A stretch of DNA of 64,000 nucleotides from Bacteroidales bacterium (lineage in GTDB: Bacteria > Bacteroidota > Bacteroidia > Bacteroidales > UBA932): positions 81,553 through 145,552 of the forward strand of contig JAAYDZ010000027.1 in assembly GCA_012728975.1 (NCBI GenBank), given 5' to 3'. The position numbers and the translations under genes are program-made. Shown here in pieces: positions 53,477 through 63,223 of the stretch (the stretch's first letter is position 1; every line of letters begins with the position of its first letter). The notes beneath the pieces are model-generated. The model searched no databases, was not told the origin of the DNA, and saw only the letters and a program-made list of their open reading frames with translations.

Positions 53477-56400
53477 TTATTGTAAAGTTATCAGTCCGGA
53501 TAATGTGCCTGTGGCGGTAGTGCTTCCAAGACCATCATCAGTGGTGTATGCGGCCGTAACGGTCACGCCGGTAATAGTGTATTCCTGATCATCGTATAGC
53601 TGACTATAGGAGACGCTGTTGCCATTGATGACTCTTGTGCCACCGTCGGAGTGTAATATGGTGATCGTCCATAAGGCAGATGATGTACATTCTGTCATAC
53701 TTTCATCACTGTATGTAGCCACAGCGGTAAATGAGATAGATTGTCCCGATACAAGAGTCACTCCCGACGGGGAAGTAAAATTATTGTCTGATGGAGTGAT
53801 TTGTACTTCAACCGGATATTTCGGTCTGACATTTAAAACTTTCATATCTGTAACTGTTACTCCGCCGAAAGAATAGCTGACTCTGACAGTGACCTGTTTG
53901 TATGTGTCAGTACCATTTGACGCTTCGATTGTATTGCCTATGAGATTTGCGTAGGAGACATTTTCTCCTTCCATTGAGTAGGTGACTCCGGATGAGGTAA
54001 ATGTTTGGGTGCTGCCATCACTATATGTGACCATAGCAGAAAGTACACATTTGCTATCACCCTGAGCGATTGTGTGCCTATTCATATACAAAATAATGTC
54101 CGAAGCCGTAACAACCTCTTTTCCACTAATTGTAACAGTTGTGTGATCCGTTAAAACGGTTTCTCCGTATGAGAATGTTCCTCGGATAGTTACATTTTGG
54201 GCAGAGGATTCGCTGTTGTTTCCCATGAGAATACCGTTTTCTACCTGATGGTTATATACATATTCCTCTCCAGAGGTAATAGTATAGTTGATATCGGTTT
54301 CAGTAGTTACTGAGCCGTCGCTCCATATAACACTTGCTGAGAGTTGAGTGGTCCCGTTCCATGCGATAGTCGAAGGGAATGCATATATTGAGAGTGAAGT
54401 AGGACTCTTTGTTGCTCCTTCTACTGAGAGGTTTGCTGTGGCGCTTATATTTGAGAATGTAGCTGTGATGGTGCTTACCTTCATGGAGGATGTGGTGTTG
54501 CATCCCGTTGCCATCCCGTTGCTTATAGTCGCTGCTTCGGTATTCGAGCTGCTCCATGAACAGAGCGATGTTACCTCTTGCGTTGTTCCGTCCGAGTACG
54601 TTGCTGTTGCAATAAATGATTGGCTTCCATTTGACGTGATAGTGGCAGAGGTAGGGGAGAGTATCAGGGATGTGATGACAGGAGCGCTTTGCGGTGTTAT
54701 ATTCAAAGTAGTATATCCTGCTGTGCTGCTATGCGCCGCTTTAATTGTTGCATTACCTGTAGCCAAAGGGTTGACCTCTCCGGCAGAAACTGTAGCCTTG
54801 TCGGGATGGAGACTGCTCCACTCAGCAGAGGAGGTCACATCAGTATAAGTTGATCCCGTGTTCACTCCATTGACGAATGCTGTAGTGGTTAATATAGCTG
54901 TAATCTGCAATGAGGAGCCAATAGTTACTGTCGCAGATTTGGGATTAAGGTTGAGTTCATAGTTGTAATATGTATAGCCATTACGATAACATTTGATCAA
55001 GGCAGTATCTCTTATACCGTAGTATTCTGCATAAATAATAGCATCTACATAATTTTCATTTCCGGAGTAATTGTTTCTAACCAGAGCTGATGGAGAGAGT
55101 GAAGCTGCATCCGGTCTGGTGTTTGCCCATGAGCATTCTTCAGTGATATCACTTGTGGAACCATCAGACCACAATGCTATAGCGTTAAGTTGCTTACTTC
55201 TTCCATAGAATAGTGATACAGACCGTGGTTCTACAGTAATCTTTGTTAAGCTCACTGAGGGTACTACGTTGATTTGTAGTATGCTGCTCTTTTTCTGGTC
55301 AAGCGTACCGGCAGTCAAGGTGGCGTTTATCGGTGTTAAGGTATTTGAGGTGCTGGTGATAATGACTCTTTCTCCTTCATGTGTATAGTTTAGCTCTCCA
55401 TTTTCAAACCTTTCACTGCCCCTCAGTGTTATCGGCAGTCCGGCAGGGGAGAGTACAAGGCATACAGTATCTTTACTCATCGAAAGAAGATTCAGCACAG
55501 ACGGTTCCCAGCTGATGCTTCTATTGTCCTCCACAATTCCTGGGTCCACTTTCCATGACTCCGTGGAAATGGAATTGTCTGAAGGAAAGAAAGTGAGTGT
55601 CTGAATTGTGTTTCGTGTAATGTCGAATGAAGAGGTATTGTCAGCTCCAAGATAGATTCTAAAGGTCATTTTATTCGAATTAAGTCCTGTTGAAACACCT
55701 CCTCCGATATATTTTCCCTCAATTTCGAGAAATGTGCAAAGATCCTTTACCGTGGGAATGTTGTCGGGGATTTTAGCCCATGGATCGCTGTTGTCAGGAA
55801 GAAGATTTCCCTGGAGATTTTCATACATGTAGAAGGAAACGGCCGATCCTGCATTTAGTAGCTGAAGATCCGATATCGTACTCATATCACCGTCAAGGGC
55901 GGCAGTTGCAGCCCTGGAAGAAAATGGGAAGGCACATGCGGCTGAGTTGCGAAGTCTTACTCCCGTTACCTCAAAACTACCTTCCAGGTTGCTGCGATCT
56001 ATCACAAGGTCATATCTTGCAACAAGACGTATGAATTCCATCGTGTAGCTGTTGTTGCCCTTTACAACTGTAAGAGTCCCTGTATGGGCCATCGGAAAGC
56101 CATCTGAAGTTATTCCTGCCACCCCCGGCCATGCTATGGAAATCTCTCTCATCGCACTTTCAGAAATGGGCGGAGTGAGTCCTATGACGTTGGCAAGTGC
56201 ATATATTGTATAACTCTCTCCGACAGGCAGATCAATGGAAATCTCTTCTCCATTTGAAAAACTGTATGATCCGGCTAGTATCCCCAAAGTATTATAAAGG
56301 GATATCTTTATAGTCATTATTGCGGAGTCATCCACATCTATACTGCTCTTTGTGGCTATTTCCTCTTTTACTACAGAGAGGAATGTCACGTTTCCGGTGA

Positions 56401-56485
56401 TCTTGCTGCTCTCTGAATCTTCCCGACACCCGGCCACAATCAGGGCTACAGTCAGTGCAAATAACAATTTTTTCAGTGTTTTCAT
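53477..56485 (-). CDS. large surface lipoprotein: fimbrillin/DUF4906-like N-terminal domain followed by multiple Ig-like (Big_2-type) repeats
   Basis: The start is taken at MKTLKKLLFALTVALIVAGC (ATG 56483-56485), because the -7 box at 56528-56535 overlaps the longer ORF start. The N-terminal ~330 aa resemble type V pilin-like proteins (MTFRIYLGADNTSSFDITRN). After that come repeated ~80-aa T/S-rich beta modules (...ATATYSDGTTQEVTS...). Confidence 0.65.
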   Translation of the reverse strand: MKTLKKLLFALTVALIVAGCREDSESSKITGNVTFLSVVKEEIATKSSIDVDDSAIMTIKISLYNTLGILAGSYSFSNGEEISIDLPVGESYTIYALANVIGLTPPISESAMREISIAWPGVAGITSDGFPMAHTGTLTVVKGNNSYTMEFIRLVARYDLVIDRSNLEGSFEVTGVRLRNSAACAFPFSSRAATAALDGDMSTISDLQLLNAGSAVSFYMYENLQGNLLPDNSDPWAKIPDNIPTVKDLCTFLEIEGKYIGGGVSTGLNSNKMTFRIYLGADNTSSFDITRNTIQTLTFFPSDNSISTESWKVDPGIVEDNRSISWEPSVLNLLSMSKDTVCLVLSPAGLPITLRGSERFENGELNYTHEGERVIITSTSNTLTPINATLTAGTLDQKKSSILQINVVPSVSLTKITVEPRSVSLFYGRSKQLNAIALWSDGSTSDITEECSWANTRPDAASLSPSALVRNNYSGNENYVDAIIYAEYYGIRDTALIKCYRNGYTYYNYELNLNPKSATVTIGSSLQITAILTTTAFVNGVNTGSTYTDVTSSAEWSSLHPDKATVSAGEVNPLATGNATIKAAHSSTAGYTTLNITPQSAPVITSLILSPTSATITSNGSQSFIATATYSDGTTQEVTSLCSWSSSNTEAATISNGMATGCNTTSSMKVSTITATFSNISATANLSVEGATKSPTSLSIYAFPSTIAWNGTTQLSASVIWSDGSVTTETDINYTITSGEEYVYNHQVENGILMGNNSESSAQNVTIRGTFSYGETVLTDHTTVTISGKEVVTASDIILYMNRHTIAQGDSKCVLSAMVTYSDGSTQTFTSSGVTYSMEGENVSYANLIGNTIEASNGTDTYKQVTVRVSYSFGGVTVTDMKVLNVRPKYPVEVQITPSDNNFTSPSGVTLVSGQSISFTAVATYSDESMTECTSSALWTITILHSDGGTRVINGNSVSYSQLYDDQEYTITGVTVTAAYTTDDGLGSTTATGTLSGLITLQ

Positions 56486-56527
56486 TGCAAATGTTTTTTG
56501 ATTTGACCTATTTTTGACTGTGAATAT

Positions 56528-56535
56528 CAAAAATA
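56528..56535 (-). promoter_or_regulatory. -7 promoter box (the reverse complement is TATTTTTG) for the large surface protein
   Basis: The plus strand reads caaaaata, 42 nt upstream of the ATG at 56485. Confidence 0.4.
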
Positions 56536-56830
56536 TTTACCAAATAATAAAATACACTTACAAATGTTGCTCAGTTAAAATGGCCCTAGAGGTTATTTAT
56601 AAGGTGGTTCAAAAAACCGAGAAATAATTTCCTCTGTTTCCCCAATCAGGCATTTACCACTCTGAACTCTCTCAAAAGTCTAAGTCGCACTGCATTGCTT
56701 TTTTTTGTAAAATGAGATATATACCGATAAACGCAAATAATCCACAAAACAGATCTTCGGGTGCCTTTTCTTGTGAATTCAATGCTTTTCTTTGTCTAAA
56801 AACCAATTAGAATCAAAAATATAGAGAGTT

Positions 56831-57100
56831 ATGACAAAACTTCTTACAATTTCATTTGACAGCACAAATGGAGATTTCTGCGTAGAAATTAACAAGGATG
56901 AACTTCACTCCAAAGAGCTTATTGCTCTTGGATTGAATTCACTGTACAAAGAGTTACCTGACATCCTCCCATCATCCATTGCGCTCGCCCTCTATATCTC
57001 CGAAGATCCCGACTATTTTGCCGGTATTCTTAATTACCGTGTTCATAGGATTATTTCCTATTTGGAGGATTACTCGATATTAAATCCAAAAAAAATATAA
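56831..57100 (+). CDS. hypothetical small protein
   Basis: 89-aa ORF in an AT-rich intergenic block. I recognise no family. Confidence 0.35.
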   Translation: MTKLLTISFDSTNGDFCVEINKDELHSKELIALGLNSLYKELPDILPSSIALALYISEDPDYFAGILNYRVHRIISYLEDYSILNPKKI

Positions 57101-57160
57101 TAAAATCAATAAAAACAGCAAAAAAGTTAAAATAAATTATTAAATGATGCTTTTTTTTAT

Positions 57161-57168
57161 TAAATTTG
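57161..57168 (+). promoter_or_regulatory. -7 promoter box TAAATTTG
   Basis: TAnnTTTG match lying 34 nt upstream of the ATG at 57203. Confidence 0.4.
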
Positions 57169-57202
57169 TTCAATAATATATATAAATAATAAAGAAAAGC
57201 AT

Positions 57203-57733
57203 ATGGCAAGAAAAAGGCAAAGCAAAGTATCTACTCTAGTAAATCTTGACTTCATCGCTCACTTTCTAAAGATGTCAGGTGAAAATGTCTCTTCATTTTC
57301 CCGCAAAGCGGGTATATCAAAACAGTCCATGCAGCAATGGTTCGAATATGATGATATGACCATTGCAAAGATCAAGGAGATTTTCGGCAACTACGGATAT
57401 GATTGGGACTATCGTCTCGTATCAAGACGAACACCCAAGGAGGTAGAGATGCCCAAACATCTTGAGATTGAAGTCGCAGAACGTGCATATCCCCGTCTTG
57501 ACGCCTCTAAACGCCTTTTCGAGTTGCGTCGTGCCATTGTTGATGCAGGTTATACTAACAAGGATTTCATTGAGAGGTTACGCAAAAAAGGTCTTGCTCA
57601 CAGTGGTATGCCCTGGTGGACCAACTGTGTCAAGGTAGATTCCATATATTTGAGCGATCTTCGCAACATGGCTGAGGAGCTTGATTGTGACCTGAAGATC
57701 AGTATCAAGCCCAGGCCCAGGGCGGAGGATTAA
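57203..57733 (+). CDS. hypothetical protein with putative helix-turn-helix segment
   Basis: 176 aa. VSSFSRKAGISKQSMQQWF looks like an HTH. I recognise no family. Confidence 0.45.
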   Translation: MARKRQSKVSTLVNLDFIAHFLKMSGENVSSFSRKAGISKQSMQQWFEYDDMTIAKIKEIFGNYGYDWDYRLVSRRTPKEVEMPKHLEIEVAERAYPRLDASKRLFELRRAIVDAGYTNKDFIERLRKKGLAHSGMPWWTNCVKVDSIYLSDLRNMAEELDCDLKISIKPRPRAED

Positions 57734-59193
57734 GATTTCTTTATTGGATCGCAGGTGAGGTCAACACCAAGTTTTCGGAAGATCTTGCGGTCCACTTCAC
57801 TTAACATTACTGTTGAGTGCACTTGACAGCCGTCGAGTTCGGGAAGTTTTTCCAGAGCACGGCGGCAATTTTCATTTGTAGTGCTAAGCATTGACAAAGC
57901 AACCAGTACTTCATCCGTATGCAGACGCGGGTTGCGACCGTGAAGGTAGGAAACTTTGGTCTTCTGGATAGGTTCGATCATACTTTGGGGTATCAGTTTT
58001 ACGCTGTGGTCAATACCTGCCAGATGTTTCGTGGCATTGAGTATTAATGCGGCGCTGGGACCCAGAAGATCACTTGTTTTTGCAGTAATGATAGTGCTGT
58101 CAGCCAGTTCTATGGCTGCAGAGTGAGCATTTGACTGCTCTTTTCGCTCCCTGGCCGCCACGGTAGTCTTGCGGAAGGCAGTGGTAATTTTTGCCTGTTT
58201 CATCACCAAAGCTATCTTTTTGACCTCGGCATCGTTGAGTGCTCCATCTGCAAGTTTACCCAAAGCAGTGTAATATCTTCGGATGATCTCATCACGTGCG
58301 GCATTACTGCAAACTTCTTCATCGCTTATGCAGAATCCTATCATATTTACCCCCATATCGGTGGGTGATTTATAGTAGTTTTCACCATAAATGCCCTCGA
58401 ACAGGGTATTGAGTACGGGAAAAATCTCTATATCGCGGTTGTAGTTGATTGCAACTGTACCGTATGCCTCCAGATGGAAGGGGTCCACCATATTGACATC
58501 ATTAAGGTCAGCTGTAGCTGCCTCGTAAGCTAGATGTATTGGGTGTTTGAGGGGAAGATTCCATACCGGGAATGTTTCAAATTTTGCATAACCGGCCTTG
58601 ATGCCTTTCTGATGGTCCTGATAGAGCTGGCTAAGGCATACTGCGCATTTTCCGCTTCCGGATCCGGGGGAAGTTACTATCACCAGAGGACGTGAGGTCT
58701 CCACATAGTCATTCTTGCCAAATCCTTCATCTGATTCAATAAGTGAAACATCGTTCGGGTACCCTTCGATGGTATAGTGGTAGAATGTGCATATACCCAT
58801 ACGCTCCAGTCTCTGGCGGTAATGGTCCGCACTGGCCTGACCGTTGTAGTGAGTGATGACTACCGAACTCACAAGAAAACCCCTGCTTTCAAATTCGTGA
58901 CGAAGACGCAGTACATCCTCATCGTAAGTTATTCCGAGGTCGCTGCGAATTTTATTTTTCTCAATATCAACTGCACTTATGACAATTATTATTTCTGCAT
59001 CATCGCTCATTTGCACAAGCATTTGAAGCTTGCTGTCAGGCATGAAACCCGGCAGAACGCGGCTTGCATGATAGTCATCGAAAAGTTTCCCTCCGAATTC
59101 GAGGTATAGTTTATCGCCGAACTGGGCGATACGCTCCCGTATGCGTTCGGATTGAATTTTCAGATATTTTTTATTGTCAAATCCAATAGTCAT
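57730..59193 (-). CDS. DUF1846 (UPF0371) family protein
   Basis: The start is taken at MTIGFDNKKYLKIQSERIRERI (ATG 59191-59193), the canonical UPF0371 N-terminus. The ORF-track start at 59205 is TTG. Confidence 0.8.
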   Translation of the reverse strand: MTIGFDNKKYLKIQSERIRERIAQFGDKLYLEFGGKLFDDYHASRVLPGFMPDSKLQMLVQMSDDAEIIIVISAVDIEKNKIRSDLGITYDEDVLRLRHEFESRGFLVSSVVITHYNGQASADHYRQRLERMGICTFYHYTIEGYPNDVSLIESDEGFGKNDYVETSRPLVIVTSPGSGSGKCAVCLSQLYQDHQKGIKAGYAKFETFPVWNLPLKHPIHLAYEAATADLNDVNMVDPFHLEAYGTVAINYNRDIEIFPVLNTLFEGIYGENYYKSPTDMGVNMIGFCISDEEVCSNAARDEIIRRYYTALGKLADGALNDAEVKKIALVMKQAKITTAFRKTTVAARERKEQSNAHSAAIELADSTIITAKTSDLLGPSAALILNATKHLAGIDHSVKLIPQSMIEPIQKTKVSYLHGRNPRLHTDEVLVALSMLSTTNENCRRALEKLPELDGCQVHSTVMLSEVDRKIFRKLGVDLTCDPIKKS

Positions 59194-59248
59194 TACGGGA
59201 TACAAATTTAAGGATTTTTTGGATTTTATTCAAATTAATCAAAAAAAT

Positions 59249-59331
59249 GGTGTGAGTTGCAAGTTGCGGGTTGCGGGGCTAGTTCTGAGTTTCGGGTAAT
59301 TTTTTTAGTAATTAGTTTGGAGTTAGGATTT
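59249..59331 (+). repeat. G/T-rich word repeat, copy C1
   Basis: ggtgtgagttgcaagttgcgggttgcggggctagttctgagtttcgggtaat...agtaattagtttggagttaggatttg. Confidence 0.55.
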
Positions 59332-59368
59332 GCACCAAATATCTCATCCTCTTTTTACCAATAAATAT

Positions 59369-59403
59369 ACACTCAACTCTTAATCTTCAACACTACACAC
59401 TCC
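59369..59403 (-). repeat. G/T-rich word repeat, copy C2 (G/T-rich on the minus strand)
   Basis: The plus strand reads acactcaactcttaatcttcaacactacacactcc. The reverse complement is ggagtgtgtagtgttgaagattaagagttgagtgt. Confidence 0.45.
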
Positions 59404-59426
59404 TTATTAATTACTACATACTACAC

Positions 59427-59470
59427 AAAAAACGGGTATGACTTTTATTGTCATACCCATTTTCTTTGTT
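59427..59470 (-). terminator. intrinsic terminator of the TonB-dependent receptor gene
   Basis: The stem gggtatgac (59434-59442) pairs with gtcataccc (59450-59458). The A-tract at 59427-59432 gives a U-tract on the minus-strand transcript. T-rich sequence on the other side could make it bidirectional. Confidence 0.75.
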
Positions 59471-59494
59471 TTATGTTGTTTCTGAATTAAATAT

Positions 59495-62400
59495 TTAGTT
59501 GAAGATATAACGTATTCCGATCTGGAATTTCCAGCACTGGTCATAGTGGTAATTGTAATCATAGGATTGGGTAAGGTAGTTCCCATCCTTCTGGTACATA
59601 GAGAATACAGGCTGTTTCTTATCATTCTGACCCTCATATTTGAGAATCGCGCTGTTGTTGGAGATGGAGTTGATCTGGTAAACACCCCATTTTGAATTTA
59701 AGAGGTTGCCGATATTCATGAAGTCAAATACGAGCTGAAAGTTGTGTCTGGTATTGCCGATATTAAATGCAAAGTCCTCAGCAATGCGGAGGTCGAAACG
59801 GTGAACCCAGGGAGAGCGTGCAGCGTAAGCCTCAGCATACTCACCTTTGTGGTTTTTCAGATATTTATCCTGCTCTACAAATTTCCAGAATGCAGCACGG
59901 TCGGCATCGGTTTTGAAGTTGATTTCGCTATCGTTCTTGGGAATATACATGAGGTCGAGGTTGATTCCATCACCGTTCATGTCATTGAAATAAACATGGC
60001 TATAACCATTACCTGAAGATCCGCTATAGAAGAGATTGAGGTGTAGACCCTTGCCACCAAATATCTTGAAGGGTATGAAATAGTTTACACTTGCAATCAA
60101 TCTGTGGGGAACCACATATTGTGAGCGCTGTACGGTGCCGAAGTTGGGACCGTCAATAGTAATAAGGCCTTGCCAGGTGGATACCGGGTCGCTGCCGGGC
60201 AGTCCGGAAACCTCTTTGGACTCAGTCATCGTGTAAGCCAGCATAATATCGAGGTTTCTTACCGGCTGAGCATTTAGAGTGATGTTGGCAGTGTAACCGT
60301 AACCCTTATTTGTGTTGGTCAGGACAACAGCGTTCTTGCCCTTGTGGATTGCGTAGTCTGCAGGATAGATGAAACGGTTGTCAGCACCGCGGAAACGCTT
60401 CCAACTCATGTTGTTCTCAATATTTATATTATCGATTGTTACTCCGGTAACAACTTTATTAAACATGAATTCTCCGGTAAGAGTCAAGGGGAATGAAACG
60501 GGGAGCTGCCAATCGAGAGCTATTGATGATTTCCAAATCTGGGGCATCTTGAAATTGGGGTCAACGCCTGAAATCTTGGAACCTGCTACGTGATTGCTCT
60601 CATTGAGTTCTGCCTGGAGCCCCAGTGCCTTAATAGCGTCCTGAACATTAGTCATAATACCGCCGTTGAACACATCGAGGCGCTTGTCATATCCTGTGGG
60701 AACACCATTCTTGTAAGAAGTTCTGAACTGTACTGAATTCTGAACGAGACCGGCATTAGTAGGCATGTTTGTAAAGAATACCAGCGGCAGACGTCCTGCA
60801 AAGAGACCTGTACCTCCACGGAGCTTGAGTGATTTGTCACCCTTTACATCCCATATGAAACCTATTCTGGGAGATACCTGGAGGTTTGCCTTAGGCCACG
60901 CACCTGTGTCAATCTTTTCACCATCTCTAAAAGTTAGATCGTGGATTGCTTTGTTGGTGGCGATATCGCTGTTGTCGAATATGAGTTCGTCAAAGCGGAC
61001 ACCATAGGTGAGTTTGAATTTATTGCTTATGCTCCACTCATCCTGCACATAGAGACCGATCTGGTTAAATGTTACGCGGGCATTGGGATTGGGTTCGCCA
61101 TTCCAGCCATAAGTGATAGCAAATGACTCCGGAGTCCTGCTATTGAGGAAATCGTCGAGACTATTGTAGCGATAGTACATAGTACCGTTACGCATATATG
61201 CGTTGTCGGCAAACTGGTACTCATAGCTCAGACCTGCAAGGACCTTGTGGTTCCCTTTCAGCCAGGTGATGTCATCTTTGATTGTGAGGATATTGTTATG
61301 TACACCGTTATTCCAGGTAAAGAGTTCATAACCGAGCGACATATAGGGTTCCATAATCTGGTTGCCTTCACTATCTTTTCCGGCCATTATATCAATATGG
61401 GGGAAAGGGGCTGACTTGGAACCTCTGACGTCATCGATTTTTGAGAAAGTAACGAGAAGTTGATTGGAGAGGTTGTCCGTAAATCTGCTGTTTAGGTCGG
61501 CGGATATAGACTGTACCTTATTATCCATTGAATACATATTGTTAGCGAAAGCCATCGATTGGTTGCCCACGCGGTATGTTTTGTTTAGACGGTATCCTGT
61601 ATCGGATGAGTTGCCGTTAGGGGCATTCCAGGCAGTATTCTTGGTGTAGTTATAGCGAAGATTGAGTCTGTGGTTGTCACTGATATTCCAGTCGATGCGA
61701 GCCAGGAGCTTCATATTTGACTGGTCACCGGGGAAGTCAGTATAAGAACCTGTATCGTATCCATATTTCTGCATCATGAAATCCTGAACTTTCTGCATGT
61801 CTGAAGCGAGTGTACGGGATACATTGCCCTCAGCTGTCTCTCCACCCTTGTTGGCGCGGTAATTAATCACCTGTCCCGGAGTTTTGTCCATCTCAAAGTT
61901 AGTGAAGAAGAAGAGCTTGTTTTTAATGATAGGACCACCAAAAGTGAAGCCGTATACTGTCTGCGACTCTTTGGTTCGTTCATCAAGTTCCTTACCGTTT
62001 ATGGTATTGCCCCTCATATTCTGGTTGCGGTAATAGGTATAAGCCGTGCCCTTGAAGGTGTTGGTACCTGATTTGGTGATTGCATTGATACCGCCGCCGA
62101 TAAAGTTTGTCTGGCGTACATCAAAAGGGGCAACAACAACCTGAATTTCATCGATTGCATCCATTGAGATAGGGTTGCCGCCTCCGGGAAGATTGGGATT
62201 AAGACCGAAGTTGTTATTGAAGTTGGCTCCGTCAACAGTGAAGTTGGTGGAACGTCCATCACCGCCGGCGAAGCTCATTCCGTTTGCGTAGGGTGAGATG
62301 CGCGCAATGTCTGAGATACTGCGGTTGATAGTAGGCATATTGCCTATCTGTGAAGAACTGATATTGGTAGCCGCGCCTGTCTTTTCATTGGAAAATTTTG

Positions 62401-62782
62401 AGCTGGGTGAAGCGACTACCACTACCCCTTCAAGTTCTTCCGTAGAAATAACAAGAACTGCGTCTTGTGTGAATGTTACACCGAGCTGCAGTACTATATC
62501 CTGAAAAAGGGAGGTCTGATAGCCAAGAAGGTGTACTCTGATCTCATATGGTCCACCCGGACGCATACCTTGAATGGCATAACGACCGTCGATGTTGGCT
62601 ACTGCATGGTAATTTGTGCCTGACGGTACGTGGACTGCAATAACGGTGGCTCCGACGAGCTTTTCACCGGAATCACTGAGGATTTGACCGTTTATGCTTG
62701 AAGTAGTAATCTGCGCACTTGCACTGAAAGAGAATAAGAGCAATGCTACAAGCGGCAAAAGTTTCTTAATTAATTGATTCAT
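59495..62782 (-). CDS. TonB-dependent receptor with N-terminal carboxypeptidase-regulatory-like domain (no adjacent SusD-like gene)
   Basis: 1095 aa with a signal peptide ending SASAQ, CarboxypepD_reg-like SINGQILSDSGEKLVGATV, a plug region (MPTINRSISDIARISPYA), a long barrel, and the C-terminal GIRYIFN. Confidence 0.9.
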   Translation of the reverse strand: MNQLIKKLLPLVALLLFSFSASAQITTSSINGQILSDSGEKLVGATVIAVHVPSGTNYHAVANIDGRYAIQGMRPGGPYEIRVHLLGYQTSLFQDIVLQLGVTFTQDAVLVISTEELEGVVVVASPSSKFSNEKTGAATNISSSQIGNMPTINRSISDIARISPYANGMSFAGGDGRSTNFTVDGANFNNNFGLNPNLPGGGNPISMDAIDEIQVVVAPFDVRQTNFIGGGINAITKSGTNTFKGTAYTYYRNQNMRGNTINGKELDERTKESQTVYGFTFGGPIIKNKLFFFTNFEMDKTPGQVINYRANKGGETAEGNVSRTLASDMQKVQDFMMQKYGYDTGSYTDFPGDQSNMKLLARIDWNISDNHRLNLRYNYTKNTAWNAPNGNSSDTGYRLNKTYRVGNQSMAFANNMYSMDNKVQSISADLNSRFTDNLSNQLLVTFSKIDDVRGSKSAPFPHIDIMAGKDSEGNQIMEPYMSLGYELFTWNNGVHNNILTIKDDITWLKGNHKVLAGLSYEYQFADNAYMRNGTMYYRYNSLDDFLNSRTPESFAITYGWNGEPNPNARVTFNQIGLYVQDEWSISNKFKLTYGVRFDELIFDNSDIATNKAIHDLTFRDGEKIDTGAWPKANLQVSPRIGFIWDVKGDKSLKLRGGTGLFAGRLPLVFFTNMPTNAGLVQNSVQFRTSYKNGVPTGYDKRLDVFNGGIMTNVQDAIKALGLQAELNESNHVAGSKISGVDPNFKMPQIWKSSIALDWQLPVSFPLTLTGEFMFNKVVTGVTIDNINIENNMSWKRFRGADNRFIYPADYAIHKGKNAVVLTNTNKGYGYTANITLNAQPVRNLDIMLAYTMTESKEVSGLPGSDPVSTWQGLITIDGPNFGTVQRSQYVVPHRLIASVNYFIPFKIFGGKGLHLNLFYSGSSGNGYSHVYFNDMNGDGINLDLMYIPKNDSEINFKTDADRAAFWKFVEQDKYLKNHKGEYAEAYAARSPWVHRFDLRIAEDFAFNIGNTRHNFQLVFDFMNIGNLLNSKWGVYQINSISNNSAILKYEGQNDKKQPVFSMYQKDGNYLTQSYDYNYHYDQCWKFQIGIRYIFN

Positions 62783-62890
62783 AGTTGTATATTAAAAATT
62801 ATCATTGTTTTTAATTTTGCTAAAATACGAAAGTATTCCATTCCCTTGAGAAATTCCGTATTACAATTATGTTAATTTTGATGATTACTT

Positions 62891-62955
62891 ATAATATAAT
62901 ATAATATAATATAATATAATATAATATAATATAATATAATATAATATAATATAAT
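62891..62955. repeat. pentanucleotide microsatellite (ATAAT)13
   Basis: Thirteen perfect ATAAT units start 109 nt upstream of the TonB-dependent receptor start codon (62782, minus strand). Confidence 0.95.
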
Positions 62956-62975
62956 ATATGGTGGAGATTCCTATA

Positions 62976-63006
62976 CAAAAAAAGAGGACCACCGCGGTGA
63001 TCCTCT
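62976..63006 (-). terminator. intrinsic terminator at the end of the long pckA 3' UTR
   Basis: A hairpin pairs agaggaccacc with ggtgatcctct around a cgcg loop (62983-63006), with one mismatch. The A-tract at 62976-62983 gives a U-tract on the minus-strand transcript. Confidence 0.7.
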
Positions 63007-63010
63007 CTGT

Positions 63011-63223
63011 TGGCTATTAGCTATTGGCTGTTGGCATTTTGCTTGGCCATTGCTACTAACTTTCGTGCCTACTAAATACTCAAAAGTCAATACTCAATAC
63101 TCAGAGCTTCATAATCCTTACTCATAACTCCATATTCAGAACTCTTCACTCAGAACTCCACACTCCTCTACACCCATACCCTGCACCTCGTACCCTGTAA
63201 CTCGTAACTCGCAACCCGTAACA
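63011..63223 (-). repeat. G/T-rich word repeat block, copy D (about 213 nt, G/T-rich on the minus strand), filling the pckA 3' UTR
   Basis: The minus strand reads gtgttacgggttgcgagttacgagttacagggtacgaggtgcagggtatgggtgtagaggagtgtggagttctgagtgaagagttctgaatatggagttatgag... and then gccaagcaaaatgccaacagccaatagctaatagccaaca. Confidence 0.6.

Noticed and set aside
62891-62955. Possible CRISPR-like or tandem array.
   Set aside because: The unit is only 5 nt with no spacers, so it is a microsatellite. I saw no CRISPR array or cas genes anywhere in the window.
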